Assembly: GCA_965652415.1 (NCBI GenBank)
Contig: CBFGVH010000002.1
Location: 17,325 to 81,324, forward strand
Source: an uncultured Gammaproteobacteria bacterium
GTDB taxonomy: Bacteria; Pseudomonadota; Gammaproteobacteria; Arenicellales; CAJQKF01
Direction of reading: 5' to 3'
Length of the DNA stretch: 64,000 nt
Shown: positions 52,677 to 61,228 of the stretch, piece by piece
Numbering within the stretch: position 1 is the first letter of the stretch
Layout: every line of letters starts with the position of its first letter
Program-made: the position numbers and the translations under genes
Notes under the pieces: model-generated
What the model saw: only the letters and a program-made list of their open reading frames with translations
Databases searched by the model: none
Told to the model about the DNA's origin: nothing

Positions 52677-52701
52677 TTGACGATATTTTGACGTTTTGAC
52701 G
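52677..52701 (+). repeat. TTGACG direct repeat x3 (spacings 11 and 8 bp)
   Basis: TTGACG-ATATT-TTGACG-TT-TTGACG read directly, 16-40 bp from the ATG of the SARP-STAND gene in the divergent region shared with the MATE gene. Confidence 0.4.
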
Positions 52702-53026
52702 GATGGCCGGCAGACGGCCGGCGGCTAAGGTTCGCGCCGTCTGCATCAAGAACTCAAGGACCCTGACGCCTCATGAACAGCCCAAGCATTCCACAGCACC
52801 CGTGGATTGGAAAGAGATTCCTGACTTCACGAAGGCGCACCGTCGCTTCGCCGACACGGTCGCGGATGACGCCGTCGGGACTCGCGCGGGACCGGCGTCG
52901 TGCGCTGGTGCTCGTTGCGGCTGCGGAGCGTCGGCGGCTGAGTTGCCTTCTCGGCATGACGCCCATGCAGATTACCTTCGGTGTGCTGACTCCGGCGCTT
53001 GGCGCCGATGCCGAGCGGGGCCGGCC

Positions 53027-54424
53027 GTGAACACCGCCGACAGCTTGCGCGGCGAAGCGGCCGCACTGGTCCGGATCGGCGGTCCGCTGACGCTCACGGC
53101 GCTCGCCAACATGGGCGTTTCCATCACGGACGTCATCATGATCGGCTGGCTCGGACCCATGCTGCTCGGTGCGGGCGCCGCGATCAGCGACTTGTACTCG
53201 ATATTCTACTATCTCGCTGCCGGCATCGCGTCCGCCGGGGCGGCGATCCTGTCGTCGGCCATCGGCGCGTCGAACCATGAGCGGCTGCGCGGCATGTTCG
53301 CCGAGGTGCTGATCGCCACCCTGGCTGCGGGAGCCGTGCTGGTTCCGCTGGTCTGGCACGGCGCCGTCGTGCTCGCCTGGCTTGGCATCGAGGCCGAGGT
53401 GCTGCCCGACGCCGCCGGCTACGCGCACTGGCTCGCGGCCGCGATGCTGCCCATGCTGGTGGTGCGCGCGTGCATCGCCTGGTTCAGCGCCGTCGGTCGC
53501 ACCACTGTCGTTTTCGCCTTCACCCTGAGCGCGATTCCTCTCAATGTCGTGGCCAACGGGGTGCTGATGTTCGGCTGGTTCGGCGGGCCGGTGCTGGGCA
53601 TGCCGGGCGCGGGGGCGGCATCATTGCTGGTCGCACTGTACCTGGCCGGCGGGCTGTCGCTGGCGGTTTGTCGCTCGAAAGTGTTCCGGCGCGCACCTCC
53701 CGGCAGGCCGCGAGCCCGGGGGATTGTCGAGTGCTGGTCCATCGGCGTGCCGGTCGGCGTCTCGTCCCTGGCCGAACTCGGCGTGTACCTGTTCTCGACC
53801 GTCATCGTGGTCGCCTTCGGCGCCGCCGCGGTCGCGGCCCACGCCGTGGTGCTCAGGCTGTCGGGCGTGCTTTACGCGTTCGCGCTCGGGCTGTCCCAGG
53901 CGGTGACGGTCCGAGTCGCCCGTGGGGCCGGCACGGGCAGCGCCGAACAGGTCGCGCGCTCGGTCGGCGCCGCACTCGCGCTCGCGTGCGTGATCGCCCT
54001 CGTCGAGTGGGTCGCGCTGTGGATATTCGCCGACCGGATCGCCGCGCTGTTCATTCCGGCCGGTTCACACGCCGCCTCGACGGCTGCTCTTGCTGCCCTT
54101 CTGATCGGGATCCTGGCCCCGGTCGAGGCCATCGGCGCCATCGGCACCACGGCGATCGGGGCCTTGCGCGGCGTGGGCGATACCCGCGTGCCCATGGCCT
54201 GGTCGCTGGCGGCGCTGTGGGGCGTGGGGTTCTGCGTCGCCATGTATCTCGCCTTCGAGCGGGAGATGGGCGTTGCCGGCTATTGGATCGGACTGTTGGC
54301 CGGCACCGTCGTCCTGTCGGCGGCGTGCCTGGTCCGTATGTGGCGCCGGCTCGTGCCCCGCCGCGGACACGATCGGACCCGCCGAGGCGCCGGGTCACGG
54401 GAATCGCTGGCGACACGGTGGTAG
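53027..54424 (+). CDS. MATE-family efflux transporter
   Basis: 12-TM pattern with a MATE N-terminus (LRGEAAALVRIGGPLTLTALANMGVSITDVIMIGWLG). GTG 53027 chosen as the start. Confidence 0.85.
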   Translation: MNTADSLRGEAAALVRIGGPLTLTALANMGVSITDVIMIGWLGPMLLGAGAAISDLYSIFYYLAAGIASAGAAILSSAIGASNHERLRGMFAEVLIATLAAGAVLVPLVWHGAVVLAWLGIEAEVLPDAAGYAHWLAAAMLPMLVVRACIAWFSAVGRTTVVFAFTLSAIPLNVVANGVLMFGWFGGPVLGMPGAGAASLLVALYLAGGLSLAVCRSKVFRRAPPGRPRARGIVECWSIGVPVGVSSLAELGVYLFSTVIVVAFGAAAVAAHAVVLRLSGVLYAFALGLSQAVTVRVARGAGTGSAEQVARSVGAALALACVIALVEWVALWIFADRIAALFIPAGSHAASTAALAALLIGILAPVEAIGAIGTTAIGALRGVGDTRVPMAWSLAALWGVGFCVAMYLAFEREMGVAGYWIGLLAGTVVLSAACLVRMWRRLVPRRGHDRTRRGAGSRESLATRW

Positions 54425-54448
54425 ACTCGCGGGCGCCGTCAAGGCCCC

Positions 54449-54470
54449 AAATGTGAACCAGTTCACATTT
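54449..54470. promoter_or_regulatory. perfect CRP-type palindrome AAATGTGAAC-CA-GTTCACATTT
   Basis: Matches the E. coli CRP consensus AAATGTGATCTAGATCACATTT at every conserved position (TGTGA-N6-TCACA plus AAA/TTT flanks). Two exact 10-bp arms. Confidence 0.6.
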
Positions 54471-54615
54471 GCGGAGATCATTCTGCCGACCAGTTCACAG
54501 AAACCTGTGCCGCAATTGATGAATATAGGCTGAACGAACTTTACGATACTTTCAGGGTCGACAGTCCGCAAGGTTCCCTTCAGGATCAGGGTCCTCCACA
54601 GTCCTGATTCCTCTT

Positions 54616-54643
54616 CGCCGCCCGCCCGGGCGGCGTTCTTTTT
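54616..54643 (+). terminator. Rho-independent terminator
   Basis: CGCCGCC-CGCCCG-GGCGGCG followed by TTCTTTTT. Orientation-specific: there is a T run on the plus strand only. Confidence 0.6.
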
Positions 54644-54689
54644 GGGGAACCGGAAAACGCCCGGTGCCGGCGAACCGGCCTTGACCCGG

Positions 54690-54703
54690 TTGACTCTTGT
54701 CAA
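54690..54703. promoter_or_regulatory. FNR-like palindrome TTGAC-TCTT-GTCAA upstream of ubiT
   Basis: Exact inverted repeat keeping the TTGA/TCAA core of TTGAT-N4-ATCAA. Centred 42 bp before the ubiT ATG. A third TTGAC half-site lies at 54681-54685. Confidence 0.4.
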
Positions 54704-54738
54704 GGAATGCCAGCGCCGCGGCCCCCTACTCTCCTGCC

Positions 54739-55263
54739 ATGTCCGCCCGCGCGTCCACTTCCGGATTCCCCGCCGCGCCGCCCCCGTTTGCGCGCCTGCT
54801 GCCGGCGCCCATCGCGCTCCTGCAACCGGTACTGCGGCGAATGATCACAGGCGTGGCAGCGAGGCGGCCGGAGCTGTTCGAAAGGCTCGGCAGACACGCC
54901 GGCAGCACGTTCCTCGTCGATCCGCTGAACCTGCCGTTCGCGGTGCTGCTGAATCCGGACCCGGCGCGTCCCCGCATGCGAGCCGTTCGCCGACGCAACA
55001 TCGATTCCGTCCGCCGGGACGCCCGCATCGCCGGCAGCTTCCTGACCCTGCTGGCGATGATCGACGGCAAGGCGGACGGCGATGCCCTGTTCTTCTCCCG
55101 GGAACTCGTGATCGAGGGCGACACCGAGGCCGTGGTCAGCCTTCGCAACGCCCTCGACGACAGCGATCGAAGCGTGGCCGACGATGCCGCCGCCCTGTTC
55201 GGGGCGCCGGGGCGCATCGTCCTCGAGGCGCTGCGAGGCATCCGGGATCGTCGTGGTCGCTGA
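54739..55263 (+). CDS. ubiT: SCP2-domain ubiquinone biosynthesis accessory factor UbiT
   Basis: ALFFSRELVIEGDTEAVVSLRNALD matches E. coli YhbT/UbiT (LFFQRRLVIEGDTELG). ATG 54739 gives 174 aa, the E. coli length. Followed by ubiU and ubiV. Confidence 0.8.
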   Translation: MSARASTSGFPAAPPPFARLLPAPIALLQPVLRRMITGVAARRPELFERLGRHAGSTFLVDPLNLPFAVLLNPDPARPRMRAVRRRNIDSVRRDARIAGSFLTLLAMIDGKADGDALFFSRELVIEGDTEAVVSLRNALDDSDRSVADDAAALFGAPGRIVLEALRGIRDRRGR

Positions 55264-56266
55264 GACGCCGGCGCGTCCCGAACTGGTGTGCCCCGCAGGC
55301 ACCCCGGCAGGCCTTCGCACCGCCGTGGACGCCGGCGCCGACGCCGTGTACTGCGGCTTTCGAAACGCTACCAACGCCCGCAATTTCCCGGGCCTGAACT
55401 TTACCGTGGCGGAGCTGGCCGAGGGCGTCGCCTACGCGCATGCCCGTGGCGCCCGCGTGCTCCTGGCAGTGAACACGTTCCCGCCGGCCGGCCGCACCGC
55501 GACGTGGAAGCAGGCCGTCGACGACGCAGTAGCGACCGGCGTGGATGCCATCATCGTGGCGGACATGGGCGTCGCCGACTACGCCCGCAGTCACCATCGG
55601 GACCTTCGCCTGCACCTGTCGGTGCAGGCTGGTGCGCCGTCCGTGGAGGCCATCCGCTTCTACTCGGAAGAATTCGGGATCCGCCGGGTGGTGCTCCCGC
55701 GCATTCTCACGGTACCGGAGATCCGCGCCCTGAAGGAGGCCATCGACTGCGAGATCGAGTGCTTCGTGTTCGGGAACCACGGGCTCATGGCAGAAGGCCG
55801 CTGTAGCCTGACCAACTATGCGACGGGCCTGTCGACCAACATGGACGGGGTCTGCTCTCCGGCCAGCCACGTCCACTACGCCGAAGACGCGAGCGGCAAC
55901 CTCGGCACGCGGCTCGGACGATTCACCATCGACTGCTTCGCCCGCGGCGCGAGCCCCGGCTACCCGACCATATGCAAGGGCCGCTACCTCGCGTCTCACC
56001 GCGACGCGTCCTACTACGCCTTTGAAGAGCCCGTCAGTCTCAACCTCGCCACCCTGCTCCCGGACCTGGTCGCGGCGGGCGTGAACGCGTTCAAGATCGA
56101 GGGACGCCAGCGCTCGAGGGCCTATGTGCGGACGGTGGTGTCCGCGTGGCGCCGCGCTGTCGACGACGTCATGGCCGGGGGGACGGCGCGGCTGGATGAA
56201 TTGCTCGCGCTGACCGAGGGTCACAAGCAGACCGAAGGCGCGTACGGCGGCAAGCGATGGCGATGA
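55253..56266 (+). CDS. ubiU: U32-family O2-independent ubiquinone hydroxylase subunit UbiU
   Basis: ELVCPAGTPAGLRTAVDAGADAVYCGFRNATNARNFPGLNFT aligns with E. coli YhbU (MELLCPAGNLPALKAAIENGADAVYIG). Conserved Cys residues (EGRCSL, GVCSP, TICKGRY). GTG 55253 is inferred as the start. Confidence 0.85.
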   Translation: MVAETPARPELVCPAGTPAGLRTAVDAGADAVYCGFRNATNARNFPGLNFTVAELAEGVAYAHARGARVLLAVNTFPPAGRTATWKQAVDDAVATGVDAIIVADMGVADYARSHHRDLRLHLSVQAGAPSVEAIRFYSEEFGIRRVVLPRILTVPEIRALKEAIDCEIECFVFGNHGLMAEGRCSLTNYATGLSTNMDGVCSPASHVHYAEDASGNLGTRLGRFTIDCFARGASPGYPTICKGRYLASHRDASYYAFEEPVSLNLATLLPDLVAAGVNAFKIEGRQRSRAYVRTVVSAWRRAVDDVMAGGTARLDELLALTEGHKQTEGAYGGKRWR

Positions 56267-57189
56267 AGGTGCGGCGGCCCGCCCTGACCATGGGGCCGAT
56301 CCTGTTTCACTGGGATGCCGACGCCCGGCGCGATTTCTGGTTTCGCATTGCCGACGAGGCGCCCGTCGACACGGTGTACCTCGGCGAGGTGGTCTGCGCG
56401 AAGCGCTCGCCGTTCATCGAGCCGTACTACGACGAGATCGCCGGGCGCCTCGAGCGGGCCGGCAAGCAGGTGGTATTCTCGACTCTCGCCGAGATCATGA
56501 CCCGCCAGGAGCGAGCGACGACGCGCTCACTCGTCTCCGGAGGGCGAGCTGACATCGAGGCCAACGACGCCGCCGCGCTGTATCACCTGCGCGGCCGGCC
56601 CCACCGGGTCGGAGCGTTCGTCAATGTCTACAACGAGGATTCGCTGTCCTGCCTCACCGCCCGCGGAGCGACTCATTTCGCACTGCCGGTCGAGCTGCCC
56701 GCGGCTGCCCTGGCCGTTCTCGGCAGCGCCGCCGCAGATCTCGGCGTCGGCCTCGAGGTGCAGGTGTACGGGCGTGCGCCGCTGGCGCTGTCGGCACGCT
56801 GCTACCACGCCCGCGCCCACGGCCGGGTCAAGGACAACTGCCAGTTCGTCTGCGGCAACGATCCCGACGGCATGGAACTCGCCACCCTCGACGGCGAGCC
56901 GTTCCTGGTGATCAACGGCATCCAGACCCTGTCGCGTGCCTGCATCAACCTCGTCCATGAACTGTCCGCCCTTGCCGCCGCCGGCATCGGCGCATTCAGG
57001 CTGTCCCCGCACAGTCACGACATGGTCGCCGTGGCGCGGGTGTTTCGCGACGTCATCGAAGGCGAGCTGTCCGCCGACGAGGCCGACGCGCTGCTCGAGG
57101 CAAAGGGGTTCGACGCCCCCTTTGCCAACGGCTTCTATCACGGCCTGGAAGGCTGGCAATTCAGTCACCGCGCCCGCACCCTGGATTGA
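56257..57189 (+). CDS. ubiV: U32-family ubiquinone hydroxylase subunit UbiV
   Basis: LTMGPILFHWDADARRDFWFRIADEAPVDTVYLGEVVCAKRSPF aligns with E. coli YhbV. Overlaps ubiU by 10 nt. Confidence 0.85.
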   Translation: MAMKVRRPALTMGPILFHWDADARRDFWFRIADEAPVDTVYLGEVVCAKRSPFIEPYYDEIAGRLERAGKQVVFSTLAEIMTRQERATTRSLVSGGRADIEANDAAALYHLRGRPHRVGAFVNVYNEDSLSCLTARGATHFALPVELPAAALAVLGSAAADLGVGLEVQVYGRAPLALSARCYHARAHGRVKDNCQFVCGNDPDGMELATLDGEPFLVINGIQTLSRACINLVHELSALAAAGIGAFRLSPHSHDMVAVARVFRDVIEGELSADEADALLEAKGFDAPFANGFYHGLEGWQFSHRARTLD

Positions 57190-57352
57190 CGCCTCGTTGT
57201 CGGCGGCGTTTCGGCCAATGGCATCGCGCAGCCCGGCTGCCCGGGCGATGGTTTATACTTTCCGCCGATCTCCCGCCCCGTGCAGGACGCGGTTCCCGAT
57301 CGGCCGCCTCACCAGCGGTCGCCACCCTGATTGCCAACCGGCGCCGAGGCTC

Positions 57353-58261
57353 ATGCGCAAGACCACGAGATTTCGCCGACTGATCGAAGCCCCCGACATT
57401 CTCGTGCTCCCCGGGGTGCAGGACGCGTTGAGCGCGAAGATCGCCGAGCGGGCGGGATTTCACGCGATCACCTGCGGCGGATACGCCGCCACCGCCGGCC
57501 TGCTTGGCCAGCCCGACACGTCCCAGCTCGGCATGACCGAGATGGCCGAGCACTATGCCCGCATCTCGGACGCCGTCGAAGTGCCCGTATTCGCCGACGG
57601 CGACACCGGTTTCGGCAACGCGACCAACGTGCAGCGCACGGTTCGCGCCTACGAGCGCGCGGGCGTGGCGGGAATGTTCATCGAGGACCAGCGCTTTCCC
57701 AAGCGCTGCGGACACATGGCGGGCAAGGCCGTCGTCTCGCTCGAGGAGATGCTCGGCAAGCTCGCCGCCGCGCTCGATGCCCGGGTCGACGCCGACCTCG
57801 TGATCATGGCGCGCACCGACGCCCTGGCGGTCAACGGCATCGACGACGCGCTCGAGCGGGCCCTCGCCTTCCGCGAGGCCGGGGCCGACCTGGTATTCGT
57901 CGAGGCGCCGACGGACGTCGAACAGATGCGCCGCATCTGCCGGACGATCGACGCCCCCTGCCTTGCCAACAACATCGAAGGCGGAAAAACCCCGCTGCTG
58001 TCCGCCGCCGAGCTCGAGGAGATCGGCTACGCCGCGGTCGCATTCCCGGTGGCATGCAGCTACACCATCGCCGCGGCGGTCCAACGGTTGATGGCCACGC
58101 TCGCCGCCGACGGCACCACCGACGCAGTTCGTGGCGACATGCTCGAGTTCGACGATTTCAACGCCCTGGTCGGCCTGCCGGAACTGCGTGAAAGAGAGCA
58201 GGGCTGGCTGGACCGCGCCCGGGCCGGCATGGAAAATAACGCCCGGACGGGATCCGGATGA
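57353..58261 (+). CDS. isocitrate lyase / PEP mutase family enzyme (methylisocitrate-lyase or oxaloacetate-decarboxylase-like)
   Basis: Motifs: ILVLPGVQDALSAKIAERAGF, PVFADGDTGFGNA, MFIEDQRFPKRCGHMAGK, IMARTDA. Starts at the internal ATG 57353 of the 441-aa track ORF. Confidence 0.8.
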   Translation: MRKTTRFRRLIEAPDILVLPGVQDALSAKIAERAGFHAITCGGYAATAGLLGQPDTSQLGMTEMAEHYARISDAVEVPVFADGDTGFGNATNVQRTVRAYERAGVAGMFIEDQRFPKRCGHMAGKAVVSLEEMLGKLAAALDARVDADLVIMARTDALAVNGIDDALERALAFREAGADLVFVEAPTDVEQMRRICRTIDAPCLANNIEGGKTPLLSAAELEEIGYAAVAFPVACSYTIAAAVQRLMATLAADGTTDAVRGDMLEFDDFNALVGLPELREREQGWLDRARAGMENNARTGSG

Positions 58262-58317
58262 TGCGCAGGGACCGGCGCGACTGACCACCATAATCACTTG
58301 CCCAAGAGGATCACAAA

Positions 58318-59307
58318 GTGAAGCGACTCGCCTCCCTCGTAACCGCCACCTTGCTCGCCGCCGGCATCGGCGCGGCCCACGCCGCCGACCCGGTCCAGTT
58401 CAGGATCAGCCACCAGTTGCCGCCGGCGCATCATATCGCCAAGCTGGTGGACCAGTTCGCGGCCGACGTCGAGGCGCGCACCGACAACGCCGTGGACGTA
58501 CAGGTTTTCGGCGCCAACCAGGCTTTTCCGCCCGACCAGAACCACCCCGCCGTGGCCCGCGGCCAGGTCGAGGGTGCGATCTCCGTGAACTTCCAGTGGG
58601 GCAACACCATCCCCGAGCTGAACGTGGTGACGATCCCCTATTACTTCACCGATCTCGCCCGCGTCGAGAATTTTCCGGGCTCGCCGGCTGCCGCCATACT
58701 CGAGGAGAAGCTGCTCGAGAAGGGCGTGCGCAACGTCGCCTGGTTCTTCACCACGCGCCAGTCGATCTTCACTTCCGGGCACAAGCCGCTCGTGAGCATC
58801 GAAGACTTCCAGGGAACCAAGATTCGCGGCCTTAACAAGCTGGTCGACGAGGCGCTGATCGCCGCCGGTGCCGCTCCCGCCGCCATGCCCGGCTCCGAGG
58901 TGTACCAGGCGCTTCAGACCGGGGTGATCGATGCCGGTCTCACCGACGTGTCCGCCGCATTCAGCCGCAAGTACTTCGAGGTCCAGAAGTACGGCACCGT
59001 GGCGCCGTTTTTCACCGTGTACTTCCACCTCTACGTCAACCCGGCGTGGTGGGACGGCCTGCCGGACGACATCCGCGGTGCCATCGCCGAGGCCGCGGCC
59101 AAGGCCGAGCAGGACTCCATCCCGCTGACCGAGCAGACCGCCGAGGAGTCGATCGGCGCCCTTCGCGAGGAAGGCATGCAGATCCACATCCAGACTCCCG
59201 AGGAGGTCGAGGCGTTCAGGGCGGTCATGCAGAAGCCCGTGCTCGACGCCTTCCTGGCCTCGTCCCCCGACGCCGCCAGGGTCATCGAGGCCGTCGACGC
59301 GCTGTAA
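58318..59307 (+). CDS. dctP: TRAP transporter substrate-binding protein (DctP family)
   Basis: Signal peptide MKRLASLVTATLLAAGIGAAHA. DctP-like body. Followed by the Q and M subunits. Confidence 0.88.
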   Translation: MKRLASLVTATLLAAGIGAAHAADPVQFRISHQLPPAHHIAKLVDQFAADVEARTDNAVDVQVFGANQAFPPDQNHPAVARGQVEGAISVNFQWGNTIPELNVVTIPYYFTDLARVENFPGSPAAAILEEKLLEKGVRNVAWFFTTRQSIFTSGHKPLVSIEDFQGTKIRGLNKLVDEALIAAGAAPAAMPGSEVYQALQTGVIDAGLTDVSAAFSRKYFEVQKYGTVAPFFTVYFHLYVNPAWWDGLPDDIRGAIAEAAAKAEQDSIPLTEQTAEESIGALREEGMQIHIQTPEEVEAFRAVMQKPVLDAFLASSPDAARVIEAVDAL

Positions 59308-59367
59308 AGCGCATGCCCCGATGCCGACGCCGGGGGCGTGCGCTCCCGGCGTTTGCATGAGCGCACC

Positions 59368-59928
59368 ATGAAATCCCTCGCCCTCGGGATCGACCGGCTG
59401 ATCGGCGCGATCTGCGGGCTGGCGCTCGCCGTGTCGGCGGCCTCCCTGCTGCTGTCGTTCGCCCTGGTCGTGTACTCGGTGGCGATGCGCTACTTTGTCA
59501 ATCAACCCATTCCCTGGGTGGACGAGCTGGTCGGCTACCTGCTGGTCGCCATCGTCATGACCGCGGCGGCCGATGCGCTGCGCCGCGGGGAACACATCGC
59601 GGTCGACCTTCTCACGGAGCGCCTCGGCCCGACGGGACGCCGGATCACGGCTTTTGCGGGCCTCGTCGCGGTTGCCGCGGCGGGCGTCGCGCTGACGGTC
59701 GGCGGCTGGGACACGGTGGCCTTCACCCGCATGCTCGGGATCCGCTCCACCGGCTACCTCGACCTGCCCATGCACCTGCCGCAGATGCTGATTCCGATTG
59801 GCGGGGGGTTGCTCGCCGTCGCCGCGCTCGGCGGGCTCGTTCGCATGGCCGTCGGGCTGCCGCCCGCCGAGGAAGAGGACCGGCCAGGCGCCCACGGCGC
59901 CCATCGCCGCGACACGACGTCGCCATGA
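59368..59928 (+). CDS. dctQ: TRAP transporter small permease (DctQ family)
   Basis: 4-TM pattern. RYFVNQPIPWVDELVGYLLV is typical of DctQ. ATG 59368 chosen. Confidence 0.8.
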   Translation: MKSLALGIDRLIGAICGLALAVSAASLLLSFALVVYSVAMRYFVNQPIPWVDELVGYLLVAIVMTAAADALRRGEHIAVDLLTERLGPTGRRITAFAGLVAVAAAGVALTVGGWDTVAFTRMLGIRSTGYLDLPMHLPQMLIPIGGGLLAVAALGGLVRMAVGLPPAEEEDRPGAHGAHRRDTTSP

Positions 59929-61211
59929 CCTTCTTCGTCATCCTCGCGGCGCTGGTGGTGGTCCTGCTCACCGGCCTGCCGGTGTTCGCCGCCATGGGAT
60001 TGTTCGCCGGGATACTGATGTATGCCTTCCAGGGCGACATCGGCGGGCTCGGCGACATCGTCTTCGGCAAGCTCAACATCTACCTGCTGGTCGCCATCCC
60101 CCTGTTCACCCTGATGGCGCACTTCATGATCCGCGGCAGGGTGGTGGACGACCTCTACAGCACCGCCAACACACTGCTTCGCCACCTGCCGGGCGGCCTG
60201 GGCATCGCCACCGTGTCGGCGTGCACGTTGTTCGCCGCCATTTCCGGCTCCAGCGTCGCCACCGCGCTGACCATCGGCGCGGTCGCCATCCCGCAGATGA
60301 TCCGCTACGGCTACCGGCCGTTCGAGGCCTACGGCGTGGTCGGCGGAGGCGGCACTCTCGGCATTCTCATCCCGCCTTCCGGTCCCATGGTGCTGTACGC
60401 GGTAATCGCCGATGCCTCCATCGGCCAGTTGTTCATCGCGGGCATCGTTCCGGGACTTCTGATCGCAGCGCTGTTCGCGCTGTTCTGCTTCACCTCGCAG
60501 TCGCTCCGCCCCGGCGCCGTTCAGCGGCCGCCGCGCGCGCCGCTCGCAGACATGGCGCGCGCGGTGCGGCGATCGTTCTGGGCCCTTTCCCTGCCGGCGT
60601 TCGTCCTGGGCGGCATGTACTTCGGCGTCTTCACCGCCACCGAGGCCGCCGGCGCCGGCGCCCTGGCGGCGATGCTCGTGGCAATGATCGTGTACCGCTC
60701 GCTCCCACTGCGCGAGGTGTGGCGCTCGGCCCTGGACGCTTCGCGAACGTCGGCGATGATCTTCATGATCCTCGCCGCGGCGGCGATCTTCAGCCACGTG
60801 CTGACCAAGCTGAGGATTCCGCAGGAGATGGTGGAACTGGTGACCCACCTCGGCTTCGGCCCGATCGAGTTCCTGCTCGCGGTGATGCTGGTGGTGTTCG
60901 TGCTCGGCATGTTCCTGGAGACGATCTCCATCATCCTGATCACCACGCCGGTGGTGCTGCCGGTTCTCTCCGCGCTGGACATCAGCCCGATCTGGTACGG
61001 CGTGCTGTTGATGATCAACCTGGAATTGGCGCTGATCACGCCGCCGGTGGGAATGAACCTGTTCACCATCAAGGGCATCACGCGCGCGCCCATCCAGCAG
61101 ATCATGCGCGGCGTGGTGCCTTACGCCCTGATGTTGCTCGGTGCATTGATCGTCCTGTTGCTGGCGCCCGGCATCGCGCTGTGGCTGCCGTCCACCATGA
61201 TGGGCCGCTGA
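59925..61211 (+). CDS. dctM: TRAP transporter large permease (DctM family)
   Basis: 428 aa, polytopic. ATGA overlap with dctQ. Confidence 0.92.
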   Translation: MTFFVILAALVVVLLTGLPVFAAMGLFAGILMYAFQGDIGGLGDIVFGKLNIYLLVAIPLFTLMAHFMIRGRVVDDLYSTANTLLRHLPGGLGIATVSACTLFAAISGSSVATALTIGAVAIPQMIRYGYRPFEAYGVVGGGGTLGILIPPSGPMVLYAVIADASIGQLFIAGIVPGLLIAALFALFCFTSQSLRPGAVQRPPRAPLADMARAVRRSFWALSLPAFVLGGMYFGVFTATEAAGAGALAAMLVAMIVYRSLPLREVWRSALDASRTSAMIFMILAAAAIFSHVLTKLRIPQEMVELVTHLGFGPIEFLLAVMLVVFVLGMFLETISIILITTPVVLPVLSALDISPIWYGVLLMINLELALITPPVGMNLFTIKGITRAPIQQIMRGVVPYALMLLGALIVLLLAPGIALWLPSTMMGR

Positions 61212-61228
61212 CCGCCGGCGCGCGGACT

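Noticed and set aside
52773-53030. 85-aa upstream ORF whose TGA overlaps the GTG start of the MATE gene (GTGA).
   Set aside because: Codon bias is ambiguous between two frames here, and the product has no recognisable feature. It could be a real coupled uORF, or the MATE gene could start earlier. Not callable from sequence alone.
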